Virus record (IMG/VR): IMGVR_UViG_3300020374_000001
Source: a virus
Lineage: Duplodnaviria; Caudoviricetes
DNA: 64,000 nucleotides
Strand: one strand, 5' to 3'
In this document: positions 48,336 to 58,611 of the stretch, in pieces
How the letters are laid out: the number at the start of each line of letters is the position of its first letter
Position numbering within the stretch: the first letter of the stretch is position 1
Notes under the pieces: generated by a model
Databases searched by the model: none
What the model was told of the DNA's origin: nothing
Seen by the model: only the letters and a program-made list of their open reading frames with translations
Program-made: the position numbers and the translations under genes

Positions 48336-49138
48336 TGTTAGGTAATAGATTTTATAATCAAAGTTTAAGAAAACTTATTATTGCATTTGGACAAGTGTTT
48401 AATAATATAGTTATACAAAGAACTAATAGTACAGGTGGTGTAACTGCTAGAATAAAAGTACCTCTTGCATATGCACCCAAAGAAAAGTTTATGGTAAGAT
48501 TAGATCAACAAGCAAATTTAAATAGTAGAGAATTTGCAACATCTTTACCTCGTATGGGTTTTGAGATTACAGGTCTTAATTATGACCCTACTAGAAAATT
48601 AACTCGTGTTCAAAAATATTCACAAGTGAAATCAGGTGAAGATGGTAAGAAAGTAAACTTTAATTATACACCTGTGCCATACAATATTAATTTACAATTA
48701 TATCTTTTTACAGCAACTGCTGAAGATGGATTACAAATAGTTGAACAGATTTTACCATACTTTCAACCTGACTATACGGTAACGGTAAATATGGTTCCTA
48801 ATTTAGATATTAAAAGAGATATACCTATTGTATTAGGCAATATTAATTATGAGGATAGTTATGACGGAGATTTTACCACTCGTAGAGCCGTTATATATAC
48901 TATTAACTTTACTGCTAAAACATACTTGTTTGGTCCTATGAACAATCAAGGTGTTATTAAAAAAACACAAGCAGATTTGGGGACAGATACAGAACCTCAA
49001 TTAACAAGGGAAGAAAGAGTTGTAATATTACCTAATCCAACAACTGCTGACGCAGATGATGATTTTGGATTTACAACTACAATTAGTTTCTTTAATGATG
49101 GTAAGAGATATGATCCATCAAGTGGAAGTGATACGTAA
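48335..49138 (+). CDS. gp15: Tail sheath stabilizer/terminator gp15
   Basis: AFGQVFNNI, VPLAYAPKEKF, LPRMGFE, QIVEQILPYFQP. Confidence 0.95.
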   Translation: MLGNRFYNQSLRKLIIAFGQVFNNIVIQRTNSTGGVTARIKVPLAYAPKEKFMVRLDQQANLNSREFATSLPRMGFEITGLNYDPTRKLTRVQKYSQVKSGEDGKKVNFNYTPVPYNINLQLYLFTATAEDGLQIVEQILPYFQPDYTVTVNMVPNLDIKRDIPIVLGNINYEDSYDGDFTTRRAVIYTINFTAKTYLFGPMNNQGVIKKTQADLGTDTEPQLTREERVVILPNPTTADADDDFGFTTTISFFNDGKRYDPSSGSDT

Positions 49139-49623
49139 TGAATAAACTTGAAGAAAAAGTAAATGAAATATTAGGTGTTGATACACCTACAAATATACAA
49201 AAAGAATTTAGTCCTCCTGTTGAAAGAAAAGAAGGTCAGTTAGAATTAGCAGTTGAAAAAGATATTAATACAGATTATGATTATAGTAGAGAAAGTTATT
49301 ATAGTCTAATAGAAAAAGGACAAGAGGCAATACAAGGTATACTTGATATTGCAAAAGAAGGTCAACATCCTAGAGCATACGAAGTTGCAGGACAATTAAT
49401 TGGTCAAGTAGGACAAACGGTTGACAAGTTACAAGACTTACAAAAAAAATTAAAAGACCTAAAAGAAGTACCTAATAAAACAAATGCCAATATAAAAAAT
49501 GCTTTATTTGTAGGTTCAACAACTGAACTACAAAAGATGTTAAATAAAAAAACTATTGAAACAAATAGTGAGAGGAAAAGTGAAAATGAAAAATTTGAAG
49601 GTAAAGACATCACACCCAAATAA
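49138..49623 (+). CDS. gp16: Terminase small subunit gp16
   Basis: DYDYSR, HPRAYEVAGQL, NALFVGSTTELQKML. Confidence 0.93.
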   Translation: MNKLEEKVNEILGVDTPTNIQKEFSPPVERKEGQLELAVEKDINTDYDYSRESYYSLIEKGQEAIQGILDIAKEGQHPRAYEVAGQLIGQVGQTVDKLQDLQKKLKDLKEVPNKTNANIKNALFVGSTTELQKMLNKKTIETNSERKSENEKFEGKDITPK

Positions 49624-49638
49624 CACTTTTAAAACTCT

Positions 49639-49646
49639 TATAAGTA
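49639..49646 (+). promoter_or_regulatory. Late promoter variant TATAAGTA
   Basis: Intergenic, flank resembles the copy at 55159. Confidence 0.65.
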
Positions 49647-49663
49647 ATAATAAGGAGTTTTAA

Positions 49664-50254
49664 ATGATTGAAGTTAGAGAAATAGATTTACTTTTAGCAA
49701 AGAGTTATCTAAAAGATGAAAAAGGTTTTAGTGATGCTAAAGTACAACAAGAATTGAATAGATTACAATTTGAATTAAATACAAGTGTACTATTAAAAAA
49801 TAAAGATGGTTCACAATCAACTGGTAAAATATTTGAAAAATTTAGAATAGGTGCCTTTCGTTGGTTAGGTGCTTTTGATGGAAATAAATTTGCAGGTATA
49901 CATTGGCATTCCCAAAATTGGCACGCTAATAATTTTGAAAGTGAAAAAAAAGATATTATGGATGGCAACTTACACGCAGATAATGAAGAAGTTGCTATAG
50001 CATTAGATAATAAATTTAAAGAATTAATTAAAGATAAGTTTGTAGTTAATTATGCGTATTGTTTTCCACAAGATCAATTCAATTTAGATTTCAGAAAAAA
50101 ATTAGGATATGTAGTTTGGGCACAATCTAATATAGATGGAGGTATTTTACATTTTCTAAAAAGACTTCCTAATTCTAAAGTCTTATCTCCTGAAGAAGAA
50201 AAACAGGCGAAGATTGACAAATTGAAAAAACAATTGGAGGAGTTAAATGCTTGA
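49664..50254 (+). CDS. Hypothetical protein, possible GNAT fold
   Basis: LGAFDGNKFAG and NLDFRKKLGY resemble GNAT motifs; AAGGAG RBS. Confidence 0.5.
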   Translation: MIEVREIDLLLAKSYLKDEKGFSDAKVQQELNRLQFELNTSVLLKNKDGSQSTGKIFEKFRIGAFRWLGAFDGNKFAGIHWHSQNWHANNFESEKKDIMDGNLHADNEEVAIALDNKFKELIKDKFVVNYAYCFPQDQFNLDFRKKLGYVVWAQSNIDGGILHFLKRLPNSKVLSPEEEKQAKIDKLKKQLEELNA

Positions 50255-50879
50255 AGAACATAAATTTCCATTAGAAAGTTTTATAGGTGGTTGGTATATT
50301 AATCCAAATATATGCTCTGCTCTTATAGATTTATTTCATAAAAATCCTAAACATCATAAACAAGGTGTTATAGGTGGTCCATATAATGTTAATATAGAAA
50401 ATAAAGATTCAATTGATTTAGGAATACATCCAAATTATACTGATCCTGCATTTAAAAATTATAAAAAATCATTAAAACAATGTGTTGAATTATATGAAAA
50501 TAAGTATCCTGAATTAAAAGAATGGAACGCATACGGAATGACCGAAGGTGCTAACATACAATATTATAGACCAGGTGCTGGTTATTTTGCTGAACATTGT
50601 GAGAGAACATCTAAAAATGAAAATCGTTGTCTTGTATGGATGACATATCTAACTGATACTCCAGACGCAGGTACGCATTTTAAATATCAAAATATAACAA
50701 CGCCTTGTAAAAAAGGTTTGACTTTAATTTGGCCAACAGATTTTACACATACACATAGCGGTCAAATATCTGATAAGCACGAAAAATATATTATAACAGG
50801 TTGGTTTGGAGGAAACGGACACACGTATAAAGGATACGATAAACCAAGCGATTATAAAGATCAAGTGTACAATGGCTAA
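50247..50879 (+). CDS. 2OG-Fe(II) oxygenase (prolyl-hydroxylase-like)
   Basis: NIQYY..HCE, WMTYL, LIWPTDFTHTHSG, KYIITGW. Confidence 0.9.
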   Translation: MLEEHKFPLESFIGGWYINPNICSALIDLFHKNPKHHKQGVIGGPYNVNIENKDSIDLGIHPNYTDPAFKNYKKSLKQCVELYENKYPELKEWNAYGMTEGANIQYYRPGAGYFAEHCERTSKNENRCLVWMTYLTDTPDAGTHFKYQNITTPCKKGLTLIWPTDFTHTHSGQISDKHEKYIITGWFGGNGHTYKGYDKPSDYKDQVYNG

Positions 50880-52512
50880 TGTAAATGACGCATATTTAGG
50901 TAACCCTAATTTAAAGAAAGTTAACACACCAGTTAGTTTTACTAAAGAACAAATAGTAGAATATCAAAAGTGTGCTAATAATCCTATATATTTTATGGAA
51001 ACCTATATGCAAATTGTTTCCTTAGATGAAGGACTTGTTCCTTTTAAAATGTATGACTTTCAAAAGAAGATAGTTAATACTATTCATAATAACAGATTTA
51101 CAATTTGCAAACTACCTAGACAATCAGGTAAATCAACTACAACGGTTGCTTATCTAATGCACTATGCAATGTTTAATCCAAATACAAATGTTGCTATACT
51201 TGCCAATAAATCTTCTACTGCTAGAGATATATTAGGAAGACTTCAACTTGCATATGAAAATTTACCAAAATGGATGCAACAAGGTGTTATCAATTGGAAC
51301 AAAGGTAATATAGAATTAGAAAACAAATCAACTATTGTTGCCGCTGCTACATCTTCAAGTGCTATTAGGGGTGGTTCATATAATATAATATTCCTTGATG
51401 AGTTTGCTTTCGTACCTACAAACATTGCTGAAATGTTTTTTAGTTCCGTTTATCCTACAATATCTTCAGGACAAAAAACAAAAATGATTATAGTATCAAC
51501 ACCTTATGGTATGAATCAATTTTATAAACTATGGATAGACGCAGAAAAGAAAAGAAACGATTACATACCTATTGATGTACATTGGTCAGAGGTACCAGGT
51601 AGAGATGATGAGTGGAAAGAACAAACAATTAGAAATACATCACCTGAGCAATTTCAACAAGAGTTTGAGTGTGAGTTTTTAGGTTCTGTTAATACACTTA
51701 TTAGTCCTTCTAAAATTAAATCTTTAGTTTATGATACACCTAAAAGATCAAAACAAAGTGTAGAACAATTTGAAGAACCTATTAAAGGTCGTACATATGT
51801 TGTAACCGTAGATGTCGCAAGAGGTGTAGATAAAGATTACTCGGCGTTTGTTGTATTTGATGTAACTAAAATGCCATTTAGAGTAGTTGCAATATATAAA
51901 AATAATGAAGTAAAACCTTTTGTATTTCCTAATATTATATCTGAAATTGCAAAAAGATATAATCAAGCACACATATTAACTGAAGTAAACGATATAGGTC
52001 AACAGATAGCAGAAGCACTACAATATGAGATAGAATATCCTAATGTATTAATGTGTACTCAAAAAGGTCGTGCTGGTCAAATATTAGGTGCTATGTATAG
52101 TGGTCGTGGTTCATCTCTAGGTGTTCGTATGACAAAACAGATTAAACGAGTAGGATGTGCTAATTTAAAGACATTAATTGAAGGAGATAAGTTAATTATT
52201 AACTCTTTCAAAATCATAGAGGAAATGTCAACTTTTGCTAAAAGAGGTCAATCCTGGCAGGCTGAGGACGGTAGCAATGATGATTTGATGATGTGCTTAG
52301 TTATCTTTGGTTGGGTATCAAATCAAGGATACTTCAAAGAATTGACTAATCAAAATGCTCGTATGCAAATGTATGCTGAACAACAAAATTTAATAGAACA
52401 AGATATGGCACCGTTTGGTTTTGTAGATGACGGTGTTAATACTGAAGAAAATGAAGAAACAATAGACGAATATGGAGATAGATGGATACCTGTGGTGCGT
52501 AAAAACCATTAG
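50872..52512 (+). CDS. gp17: Terminase large subunit gp17
   Basis: Start MANVNDAYLGNPNLK; PRQSGKS Walker A, IFLDEFAF Walker B, DVARG, NDDLMM. Confidence 0.97.
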   Translation: MANVNDAYLGNPNLKKVNTPVSFTKEQIVEYQKCANNPIYFMETYMQIVSLDEGLVPFKMYDFQKKIVNTIHNNRFTICKLPRQSGKSTTTVAYLMHYAMFNPNTNVAILANKSSTARDILGRLQLAYENLPKWMQQGVINWNKGNIELENKSTIVAAATSSSAIRGGSYNIIFLDEFAFVPTNIAEMFFSSVYPTISSGQKTKMIIVSTPYGMNQFYKLWIDAEKKRNDYIPIDVHWSEVPGRDDEWKEQTIRNTSPEQFQQEFECEFLGSVNTLISPSKIKSLVYDTPKRSKQSVEQFEEPIKGRTYVVTVDVARGVDKDYSAFVVFDVTKMPFRVVAIYKNNEVKPFVFPNIISEIAKRYNQAHILTEVNDIGQQIAEALQYEIEYPNVLMCTQKGRAGQILGAMYSGRGSSLGVRMTKQIKRVGCANLKTLIEGDKLIINSFKIIEEMSTFAKRGQSWQAEDGSNDDLMMCLVIFGWVSNQGYFKELTNQNARMQMYAEQQNLIEQDMAPFGFVDDGVNTEENEETIDEYGDRWIPVVRKNH

Positions 52513-52524
52513 GTTTGTGTTTAT

Positions 52525-52532
52525 TATAAATA
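52525..52532 (+). promoter_or_regulatory. T4-type late promoter TATAAATA
   Basis: Exact consensus before gp18. Confidence 0.85.
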
Positions 52533-52624
52533 TCAGTAAGAATGAAATTTAACTATGGGCGTATGAATAATACGAGTTTTGAATAAAATGACAACTAAAT
52601 TAGCTAATTAGAGGAGAATAACTT

Positions 52625-54562
52625 ATGGCATTTCAAGTATCACCTGGTGTTCTCGTACAGGAAAGAGATTTAACAAGAATCATTCCTGCAGTATCAACTT
52701 CAATCGGTGCAGTTGCTGGACAATTCAGCAAAGGTCCGTTAGATGAGATAGTTTCTATTTCTAGTGAACAAGAACTTGTAGATACGTTTGGTAAACCTGA
52801 TAGTACGAACTTTGAGTATTTTTTCAGCGCTGCTAACTTCTTACAATATTCTAACTCATTAAGAGTAGTACGAGCTACCCAAACAAGTTTAGTCAACGCT
52901 ACCGCTGGTGGCTCTGGTTTGCTTGTAAAAAATAAACAAGACTACGAAGATAATTACTCAACTGGACAAGGTTCAGTAGGTACTTTTGCTGCTAGATCAG
53001 CAGGTGCTTGGGGTAATAGTCTTTCAGTAGCAACTTGTCCAAGTGCTAACGCATTTGAACAAACAACAACTACATCTCAACAAGTAGATGGAGGCGCTTC
53101 TGTTGGTGCAACTACAATAACGGTTGACTCAGACGCAACAAGTTACCTTAATATCGGAGACGTTATTGAGTTTTCTTCAACTGCTTCAGGTGTAGATTTT
53201 ACTACTGGTGAAAAATATAGAGTAACTAACCTTACTTCAACGGTCGTAACAATTGTACAACATCCTAGAGGCGAAGGCGGTTTAATAACTGCTGTTGTAG
53301 ATAACGCAAGAATCAAAAGAAAATGGAGATACGCAGATCAAGTTGATGGCGCTCCAGGAACTTCTGCTTGGACTTCTACAAGATCAGGTTCTGGCGATGA
53401 AATACACGTAGTTGTAATAGATGAAGACGGAGGAGTTTCAGGAGTACCTGGAACGGTTTTAGAATCTTATTCTAAATTATCAAAAGCTTCAGACGCAAAA
53501 TCACCACAAGGAGATGTTAACTACTATCCAAGTGTAATTAGTAACAAATCTAGTTACGTATTTTGGATGGATCATAACACTTCTGGAACCAATTGGGGTA
53601 ACGCAGCCGCAGGAACAACATTTACTGCTGTTGATGTACCTACAAGTGAATCATTATCTGGCGGAGTAGATGGTTCTGCTGCTACTGACGGTCAATTAAA
53701 AACTGCTTACGAGAAGTTTAATGACGCCGACACGGTAGATGTAGGATTATTAATCGCTGGACCAAGTGGTTCTGCTTCACACGTTGAAAGTATGATTACA
53801 ATTGCAGAAAATAGAAAAGATGTAGTTGTATTCGCTTCACCGCAAAGAAGTGATGTGGTTAATGTATCAAACTCAAATACACAAACAAGTAATGTAACTG
53901 GTTTCTTTGATGGAATTAGATCATCTTCTTATGTTGTATTTGATAGTGGTTACAAATATTGCTACGATAGATACAATGATGTGTACAGATATGTACCATT
54001 AAACGGAGACATTGCTGGATTGGCTGCTAGAACAGACATATTAGCGGATTCTTGGTTCTCACCTGCAGGATTAAACCGAGGTGTAATTAGAGGCGCTGCT
54101 AAATTAGCATATAATCCTACAAAATCACAAAGAGATGATCTTTACACAAGTAGAGTAAATCCAGTTGCAACTTTCTCAGGACAAGGAACAATCTTGTTTG
54201 GAGATAAAACTGGTTTATCATCACCGAGTGCATTTGATAGAATCAATGTTAGACGATTGTTCATCACTTTAGAGAAGGCAGTATCAACTGCTTCTAAATT
54301 CCAACTCTTTGAATTTAATGACGAATTTACAAGAGCGAACTTTAGAAACATTGTAGAACCTTTTTTAAGAGAAGTACAAGGTAGACGTGGTATCACAGAC
54401 TTTTTAGTAGTGTGTGATGAAACTAACAACACAGGCGAAGTAATTGATAGAAATGAATTTGTTGCAGAAATTTTTGTAAAACCTGCAAGAAGTATCAACT
54501 TTATCACATTATCTTTTGTCGCAACCAGAACTGGCGTTTCTTTTGAAGAAGTCGCTGGGTAA
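52625..54562 (+). CDS. gp18: Tail sheath protein gp18
   Basis: SPGVLVQERD, WFSPAGLNRG, AFDRINVRRLF, FEFNDEFTR. Confidence 0.97.
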   Translation: MAFQVSPGVLVQERDLTRIIPAVSTSIGAVAGQFSKGPLDEIVSISSEQELVDTFGKPDSTNFEYFFSAANFLQYSNSLRVVRATQTSLVNATAGGSGLLVKNKQDYEDNYSTGQGSVGTFAARSAGAWGNSLSVATCPSANAFEQTTTTSQQVDGGASVGATTITVDSDATSYLNIGDVIEFSSTASGVDFTTGEKYRVTNLTSTVVTIVQHPRGEGGLITAVVDNARIKRKWRYADQVDGAPGTSAWTSTRSGSGDEIHVVVIDEDGGVSGVPGTVLESYSKLSKASDAKSPQGDVNYYPSVISNKSSYVFWMDHNTSGTNWGNAAAGTTFTAVDVPTSESLSGGVDGSAATDGQLKTAYEKFNDADTVDVGLLIAGPSGSASHVESMITIAENRKDVVVFASPQRSDVVNVSNSNTQTSNVTGFFDGIRSSSYVVFDSGYKYCYDRYNDVYRYVPLNGDIAGLAARTDILADSWFSPAGLNRGVIRGAAKLAYNPTKSQRDDLYTSRVNPVATFSGQGTILFGDKTGLSSPSAFDRINVRRLFITLEKAVSTASKFQLFEFNDEFTRANFRNIVEPFLREVQGRRGITDFLVVCDETNNTGEVIDRNEFVAEIFVKPARSINFITLSFVATRTGVSFEEVAG

Positions 54563-54584
54563 TTAGTAGAGGAGAAAAAATAAA

Positions 54585-55112
54585 ATGGCAAACATAAATG
54601 ACTTCAAAGCTAAACTTGCTGGTGGTGGCGCAAGAGCCAATCAGTTTAAGGTAACTATGCCTTTTCCTGGTTACGCACAAGTTGGTGGAGAAATAGAAGA
54701 CTTAGCGTTTCTATGTACAAGTACAACAATACCTGCTATGACGGTAGGTAATGTTAATGTTCCTTTTAGAGGTAGACAGATCAAAGTTGCAGGTGATAGA
54801 ACATTTGCAGATTGGTCAATTACGGTTCTTAACGATACGAACTTTAAGTTAAGAAATGCTTTTGAAAGATGGCAAAATGGTATCAACAATATGTCAGACA
54901 ACGAAGGATTATCAAATCCTGTTGACTATCAAGTTGACGCTTTTGTTGACCAGTTGGACAGAAACGGTAATACATTAAAATCTTATACTTTAAGAGGCGC
55001 TTATCCTGTGGATATAGCGGCTATTGATTTGAATTTTGCAACGAATGACGAAGTTGAAACATTTGGTGTAACTTTCCAATATCAATATTTTGAAACAAAC
55101 ACTACTACATAG
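54585..55112 (+). CDS. gp19: Tail tube protein gp19
   Basis: GGARANQF, PFRGRQIKVAGDRTF..W. Confidence 0.95.
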   Translation: MANINDFKAKLAGGGARANQFKVTMPFPGYAQVGGEIEDLAFLCTSTTIPAMTVGNVNVPFRGRQIKVAGDRTFADWSITVLNDTNFKLRNAFERWQNGINNMSDNEGLSNPVDYQVDAFVDQLDRNGNTLKSYTLRGAYPVDIAAIDLNFATNDEVETFGVTFQYQYFETNTTT

Positions 55113-55123
55113 TAGATAAATTT

Positions 55124-55150
55124 AAAGGGCGCCGTCAAAAGCGCCCTTTT
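55124..55150 (+). terminator. Rho-independent terminator
   Basis: aaagggcgc-cgtcaaaa-gcgcccttt(t) hairpin after gp19. Confidence 0.8.
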
Positions 55151-55158
55151 AAAACTAT

Positions 55159-55166
55159 TATAAGTA
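55159..55166 (+). promoter_or_regulatory. Late promoter variant TATAAGTA
   Basis: Just after the terminator, before gp20. Confidence 0.7.
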
Positions 55167-55189
55167 TTAGGAGAAACAAAGGATAAATT

Positions 55190-56716
55190 ATGGCAGAGTT
55201 ATTTGGTTTTAATATAACTAGAGTTAAACCACAAACAGATCCAAAACAACAATTCAGTCAACCTCAAGCGGAAGACGGCACACAGGTAGTTGCCGCTGGT
55301 GGTTTCTTTGGTAGTTACCTTGATATGGAAGGTACTGCTAAAACTGAGCAGGACTTAATTAGAAGATATAGAGAAATTGCTTTACATCCAGAATGTGATA
55401 TGGCAATTGAGGATATTGTTAATGAGGCAATTACTTCTAATGAAAATAGACAATCTGTAAAAGTTGTAACTGATGGTTTAGATTATTCTTCAGCTATTAA
55501 ACAAAAAATAGAACAAGAATTTGCTGAAGTATTAAGACTATTACAATTTAACACAAGAGGACACGACCTCTTTAGAAGATGGTATGTTGATGGAAGAATC
55601 TTTTTCCAAAAGGTTATTGACGCTGAAAACACAAAGAACGGTATAACAGAATTAAAGTACCTTGATCCTAGAAAGATTAAGAAGATTAGAGAAGTTAGAA
55701 AGAGAAGACCTGAAGGTATGGTTTCTCCTACTAACATTAATATTGCAGACGAAACGGTAGAATATTTTGTATATAATGAAAGAGGTATACAAGGATCGGC
55801 TGCTATTCAAGGAATTAAAATTGCTGTGGACACTATTGCATTTTGTCCATCAGGAATGATAGATCAGAATAAGAATGGTTTAATATTATCTTATTTACAT
55901 AAGGCAATTAAACCTGTCAATCAGTTAAGAATGATTGAAGACGCTGCTGTGATTTACAGAATCGCAAGAGCACCTGAAAGAAGAATATTTAAGATTGATG
56001 TAGGTAATTTACCTAAGGCAAAAGCAGAATCTTATTTAAGAGATGTTATGGCAAGATATAGAAACAAACTTGTTTATGACGCTTCAACAGGAGAAATAAG
56101 AGATGACAGAAATTATATGTCAATGCTTGAAGACTTTTGGTTGCCAAGTAGAGAAGGTGGTAGAGGAACAGATATTACTACACTTCCAGGTGGTGCTAAT
56201 TTAGGTGAAATAGCAGACATAGAATATTTTAGAGCAAAATTATATAGATCATTAAACGTACCTGTAAGTAGATTAGAGGCAAGTCAAGGTTTCAATCTAG
56301 GTAGATCATCTGAAATTAGTAGAGATGAATTGAAATTTACTAAATTTGTAGGTAGATTAAGAAAGAAATTTACAGAATTGTTTAATGATTTATTAAGAAC
56401 ACAATTAATAATCAAAGGTGTAATTTCTGAAACAGAATGGCCAATGGTTAGAGATAGTATCTTCTACGACTTTTTACAAGACGGTCACTTTGCAGAATTA
56501 AAGAATACTGAAATGTTAAGAGAAAGACTAAACTTGGCAAGAGAAGTAAGAGATTATGTTGGTAAATATTTTTCTGTTAATTATGTTAGAAGAAACATAT
56601 TAAAACAAACAGAATCAGAAATTAAGAAAATGGATGCTGAAATCAAAAAAGAAATTGATGACGGCATAATTTCATCACCTGAAGTACAAACAACAGGTAA
56701 TGATGAATTAATATAG
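55190..56716 (+). CDS. gp20: Portal protein gp20
   Basis: FRRWYVDGR, SYLHKAIK, YRIARAPERRIF, EDFWLP..GGRGT. Confidence 0.97.
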   Translation: MAELFGFNITRVKPQTDPKQQFSQPQAEDGTQVVAAGGFFGSYLDMEGTAKTEQDLIRRYREIALHPECDMAIEDIVNEAITSNENRQSVKVVTDGLDYSSAIKQKIEQEFAEVLRLLQFNTRGHDLFRRWYVDGRIFFQKVIDAENTKNGITELKYLDPRKIKKIREVRKRRPEGMVSPTNINIADETVEYFVYNERGIQGSAAIQGIKIAVDTIAFCPSGMIDQNKNGLILSYLHKAIKPVNQLRMIEDAAVIYRIARAPERRIFKIDVGNLPKAKAESYLRDVMARYRNKLVYDASTGEIRDDRNYMSMLEDFWLPSREGGRGTDITTLPGGANLGEIADIEYFRAKLYRSLNVPVSRLEASQGFNLGRSSEISRDELKFTKFVGRLRKKFTELFNDLLRTQLIIKGVISETEWPMVRDSIFYDFLQDGHFAELKNTEMLRERLNLAREVRDYVGKYFSVNYVRRNILKQTESEIKKMDAEIKKEIDDGIISSPEVQTTGNDELI

Positions 56717-56724
56717 GAGAAAAA

Positions 56725-57039
56725 ATGAGCGAAGAAGTAAAACAATTTATAGATAAGATGGCAAAAAACGATATGGTCGGTGCTGGCGATGCTTTTAAAG
56801 ACGCTTTAAGAGCAAAAGTTGGGGATCAATTAGATGTGAAAAGACAAGATGTTGCTGGAAATATGTTTCAGGCACAACCTCATAGTGATCCAAAACCAGA
56901 GATCGCAGGTACAGGTACTTTTACACAAGATGGACAAGTTGAACCTACAGGTGCAAACGCACAAGAAACACAACCAGAAACACCAGAGGTATCGGATGCA
57001 GAAAGTCAGCCAGCTAATACAGACGCAACAGGCGTTTAA
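56725..57039 (+). CDS. Small acidic protein, prohead core (gp67-like position)
   Basis: Directly after portal, AGGAG RBS. Confidence 0.55.
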   Translation: MSEEVKQFIDKMAKNDMVGAGDAFKDALRAKVGDQLDVKRQDVAGNMFQAQPHSDPKPEIAGTGTFTQDGQVEPTGANAQETQPETPEVSDAESQPANTDATGV

Positions 57040-57235
57040 TAGTAAATCTTATAACGATTTGTCGCCAGTTTTAAAAGAGGCGATTAACGACACAATGAAA
57101 TTAGTTAAGAGTGATGGTAATTTATTATTTAACTTTGAAAATGCAATTAATAAAGTTGCAGAATTTCATAATGTCAACAAAGACGATATTGAAGAATACT
57201 TTGATAACGAATTAAAAGAACAAGTGGGAGAATAA
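56996..57235 (+). CDS. Small hypothetical protein (head module)
   Basis: Start MQKVS at 56996 with GAGGT RBS; 44-nt overlap with the upstream gene. Confidence 0.65.
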   Translation: MQKVSQLIQTQQAFNSKSYNDLSPVLKEAINDTMKLVKSDGNLLFNFENAINKVAEFHNVNKDDIEEYFDNELKEQVGE

Positions 57236-57236
57236 A

Positions 57237-57470
57237 ATGGCGTGGGTAGATGTACCAGGATCAAATAGTATTTGGCAGTATGATAATGCTGCTACTATTT
57301 CTAATACTTACAAAGATTCAGCAGATGGCAGTAATGTTGCTATCTCTGGTGGTATTAGAACTTTTACTAAACCAGGTGGTGGATCGACTCAAGTTTACAT
57401 AAGAACTAGAAAGAAAGGCGAAACGGTAGAACGAGGCGAACTTTCTAAAACTTTTTATGACGCACAATAG
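57237..57470 (+). CDS. Hypothetical protein
   Basis: 77-aa ORF, GGAG RBS. Confidence 0.7.
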   Translation: MAWVDVPGSNSIWQYDNAATISNTYKDSADGSNVAISGGIRTFTKPGGGSTQVYIRTRKKGETVERGELSKTFYDAQ

Positions 57471-57479
57471 GAAATAGAA

Positions 57480-57872
57480 ATGGCAGATATAGTATCAACA
57501 CAAGTATTATCAGACACATCTGGAGTTAAGTACGTTGCAAAATTGACTAACATATCAGATGGTTCTGGTGAATCTTTAGTTAAAAAAATAGACGCTTCAA
57601 GTGCAACTTTTATGACCGAAGATGGTAGTAGAAAGATTGCAAAAATATGGTGGTCTGTTAATACAACAAAATCTAATGCAAGTGTAGAGTTAGTATGGGG
57701 TGGTGAAACAAACGCAACAGCAATGTTATTAAATGGTCAAGGTTATTGGGATTTAAGAACTGCTGGTAATGAGATTGTTAACAATGCTACTACACCTACA
57801 GGTGATGTTTTACTATCTACAAGGGACTTTGTAGTAGGGGATAATTACACGATTTTAGTAGAGTTTAGATAA
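57480..57872 (+). CDS. Hypothetical protein (possible capsid-associated)
   Basis: 130-aa beta-rich ORF in the head module. Confidence 0.65.
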   Translation: MADIVSTQVLSDTSGVKYVAKLTNISDGSGESLVKKIDASSATFMTEDGSRKIAKIWWSVNTTKSNASVELVWGGETNATAMLLNGQGYWDLRTAGNEIVNNATTPTGDVLLSTRDFVVGDNYTILVEFR

Positions 57873-57879
57873 AAAAAGT

Positions 57880-57887
57880 TATAAATA
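57880..57887 (+). promoter_or_regulatory. T4-type late promoter TATAAATA
   Basis: Exact consensus before gp21. Confidence 0.85.
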
Positions 57888-57904
57888 TACAAGAGAGAGA
57901 ATAA

Positions 57905-58549
57905 ATGAAGTTAATATCCGAAGAAATCACAAACGCAGAATACCTAGTTGAAGAAACTAACGGTAAGAAGAATTATAAAATTAGAGGCGTTTTTCTACAA
58001 TCAGACTTAAAAAATAGAAATGGACGTGTCTATCCCAAAGACATATTGAATAATGAGGTAGAAAGATACAATAGAGAATTTATCAACAAAAAACGTGCAT
58101 TTGGTGAGTTAGGACATCCTGACGGACCAACGGTAAATCTGGAAAGAGTTAGTCATATGATTACTAAACTTGCACCAGATGGACAGAATTTTGTAGGTGA
58201 AGCAAAGATAATGAACACACCATACGGTAAGATTGTAAAAGGTCTTATTGACGAAGGTGCTCAACTAGGAGTATCTAGTAGAGGTATGGGTTCGTTAGAA
58301 ACAAGAGGTGGCGCAAACTATGTAAAAGATGACTTTTACTTGGCAACCGCTGCTGATATAGTCGCAGATCCAAGTGCTCCAGACGCTTTCGTAGAAGGTA
58401 TTATGGAGAGTAAAGAGTGGGTTTGGGACAACGGAGTACTCGTAGAAAAGAGCATAGAATCTTGGAAACGAGAGATAGAAAGTGCGAAAAGACACGCTTT
58501 AGCAGAAGCTAAAATAAAAGTCTTTAAAAACTTTCTTTCAAATCTCTAG
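57905..58549 (+). CDS. gp21: Prohead protease gp21
   Basis: KNRNGRVY, GELGHP, GVSSRGMGS, DIVADPSAPDA. Confidence 0.97.
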   Translation: MKLISEEITNAEYLVEETNGKKNYKIRGVFLQSDLKNRNGRVYPKDILNNEVERYNREFINKKRAFGELGHPDGPTVNLERVSHMITKLAPDGQNFVGEAKIMNTPYGKIVKGLIDEGAQLGVSSRGMGSLETRGGANYVKDDFYLATAADIVADPSAPDAFVEGIMESKEWVWDNGVLVEKSIESWKREIESAKRHALAEAKIKVFKNFLSNL

Positions 58550-58552
58550 TTT

Positions 58553-58560
58553 TATAAATA
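58553..58560 (+). promoter_or_regulatory. T4-type late promoter TATAAATA
   Basis: Exact consensus before gp22. Confidence 0.85.
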
Positions 58561-58611
58561 TTAACAATTAATTAATTAAAACTAGTTTTAACTATTAAAG
58601 AGGAGATTTCA

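Noticed and set aside
56849-57039. Programmed frameshift joining 56725 and 56849 ORFs
   Set aside because: An internal ATG at 56996 with a GAGGT SD explains the overlap; no slippery site noted
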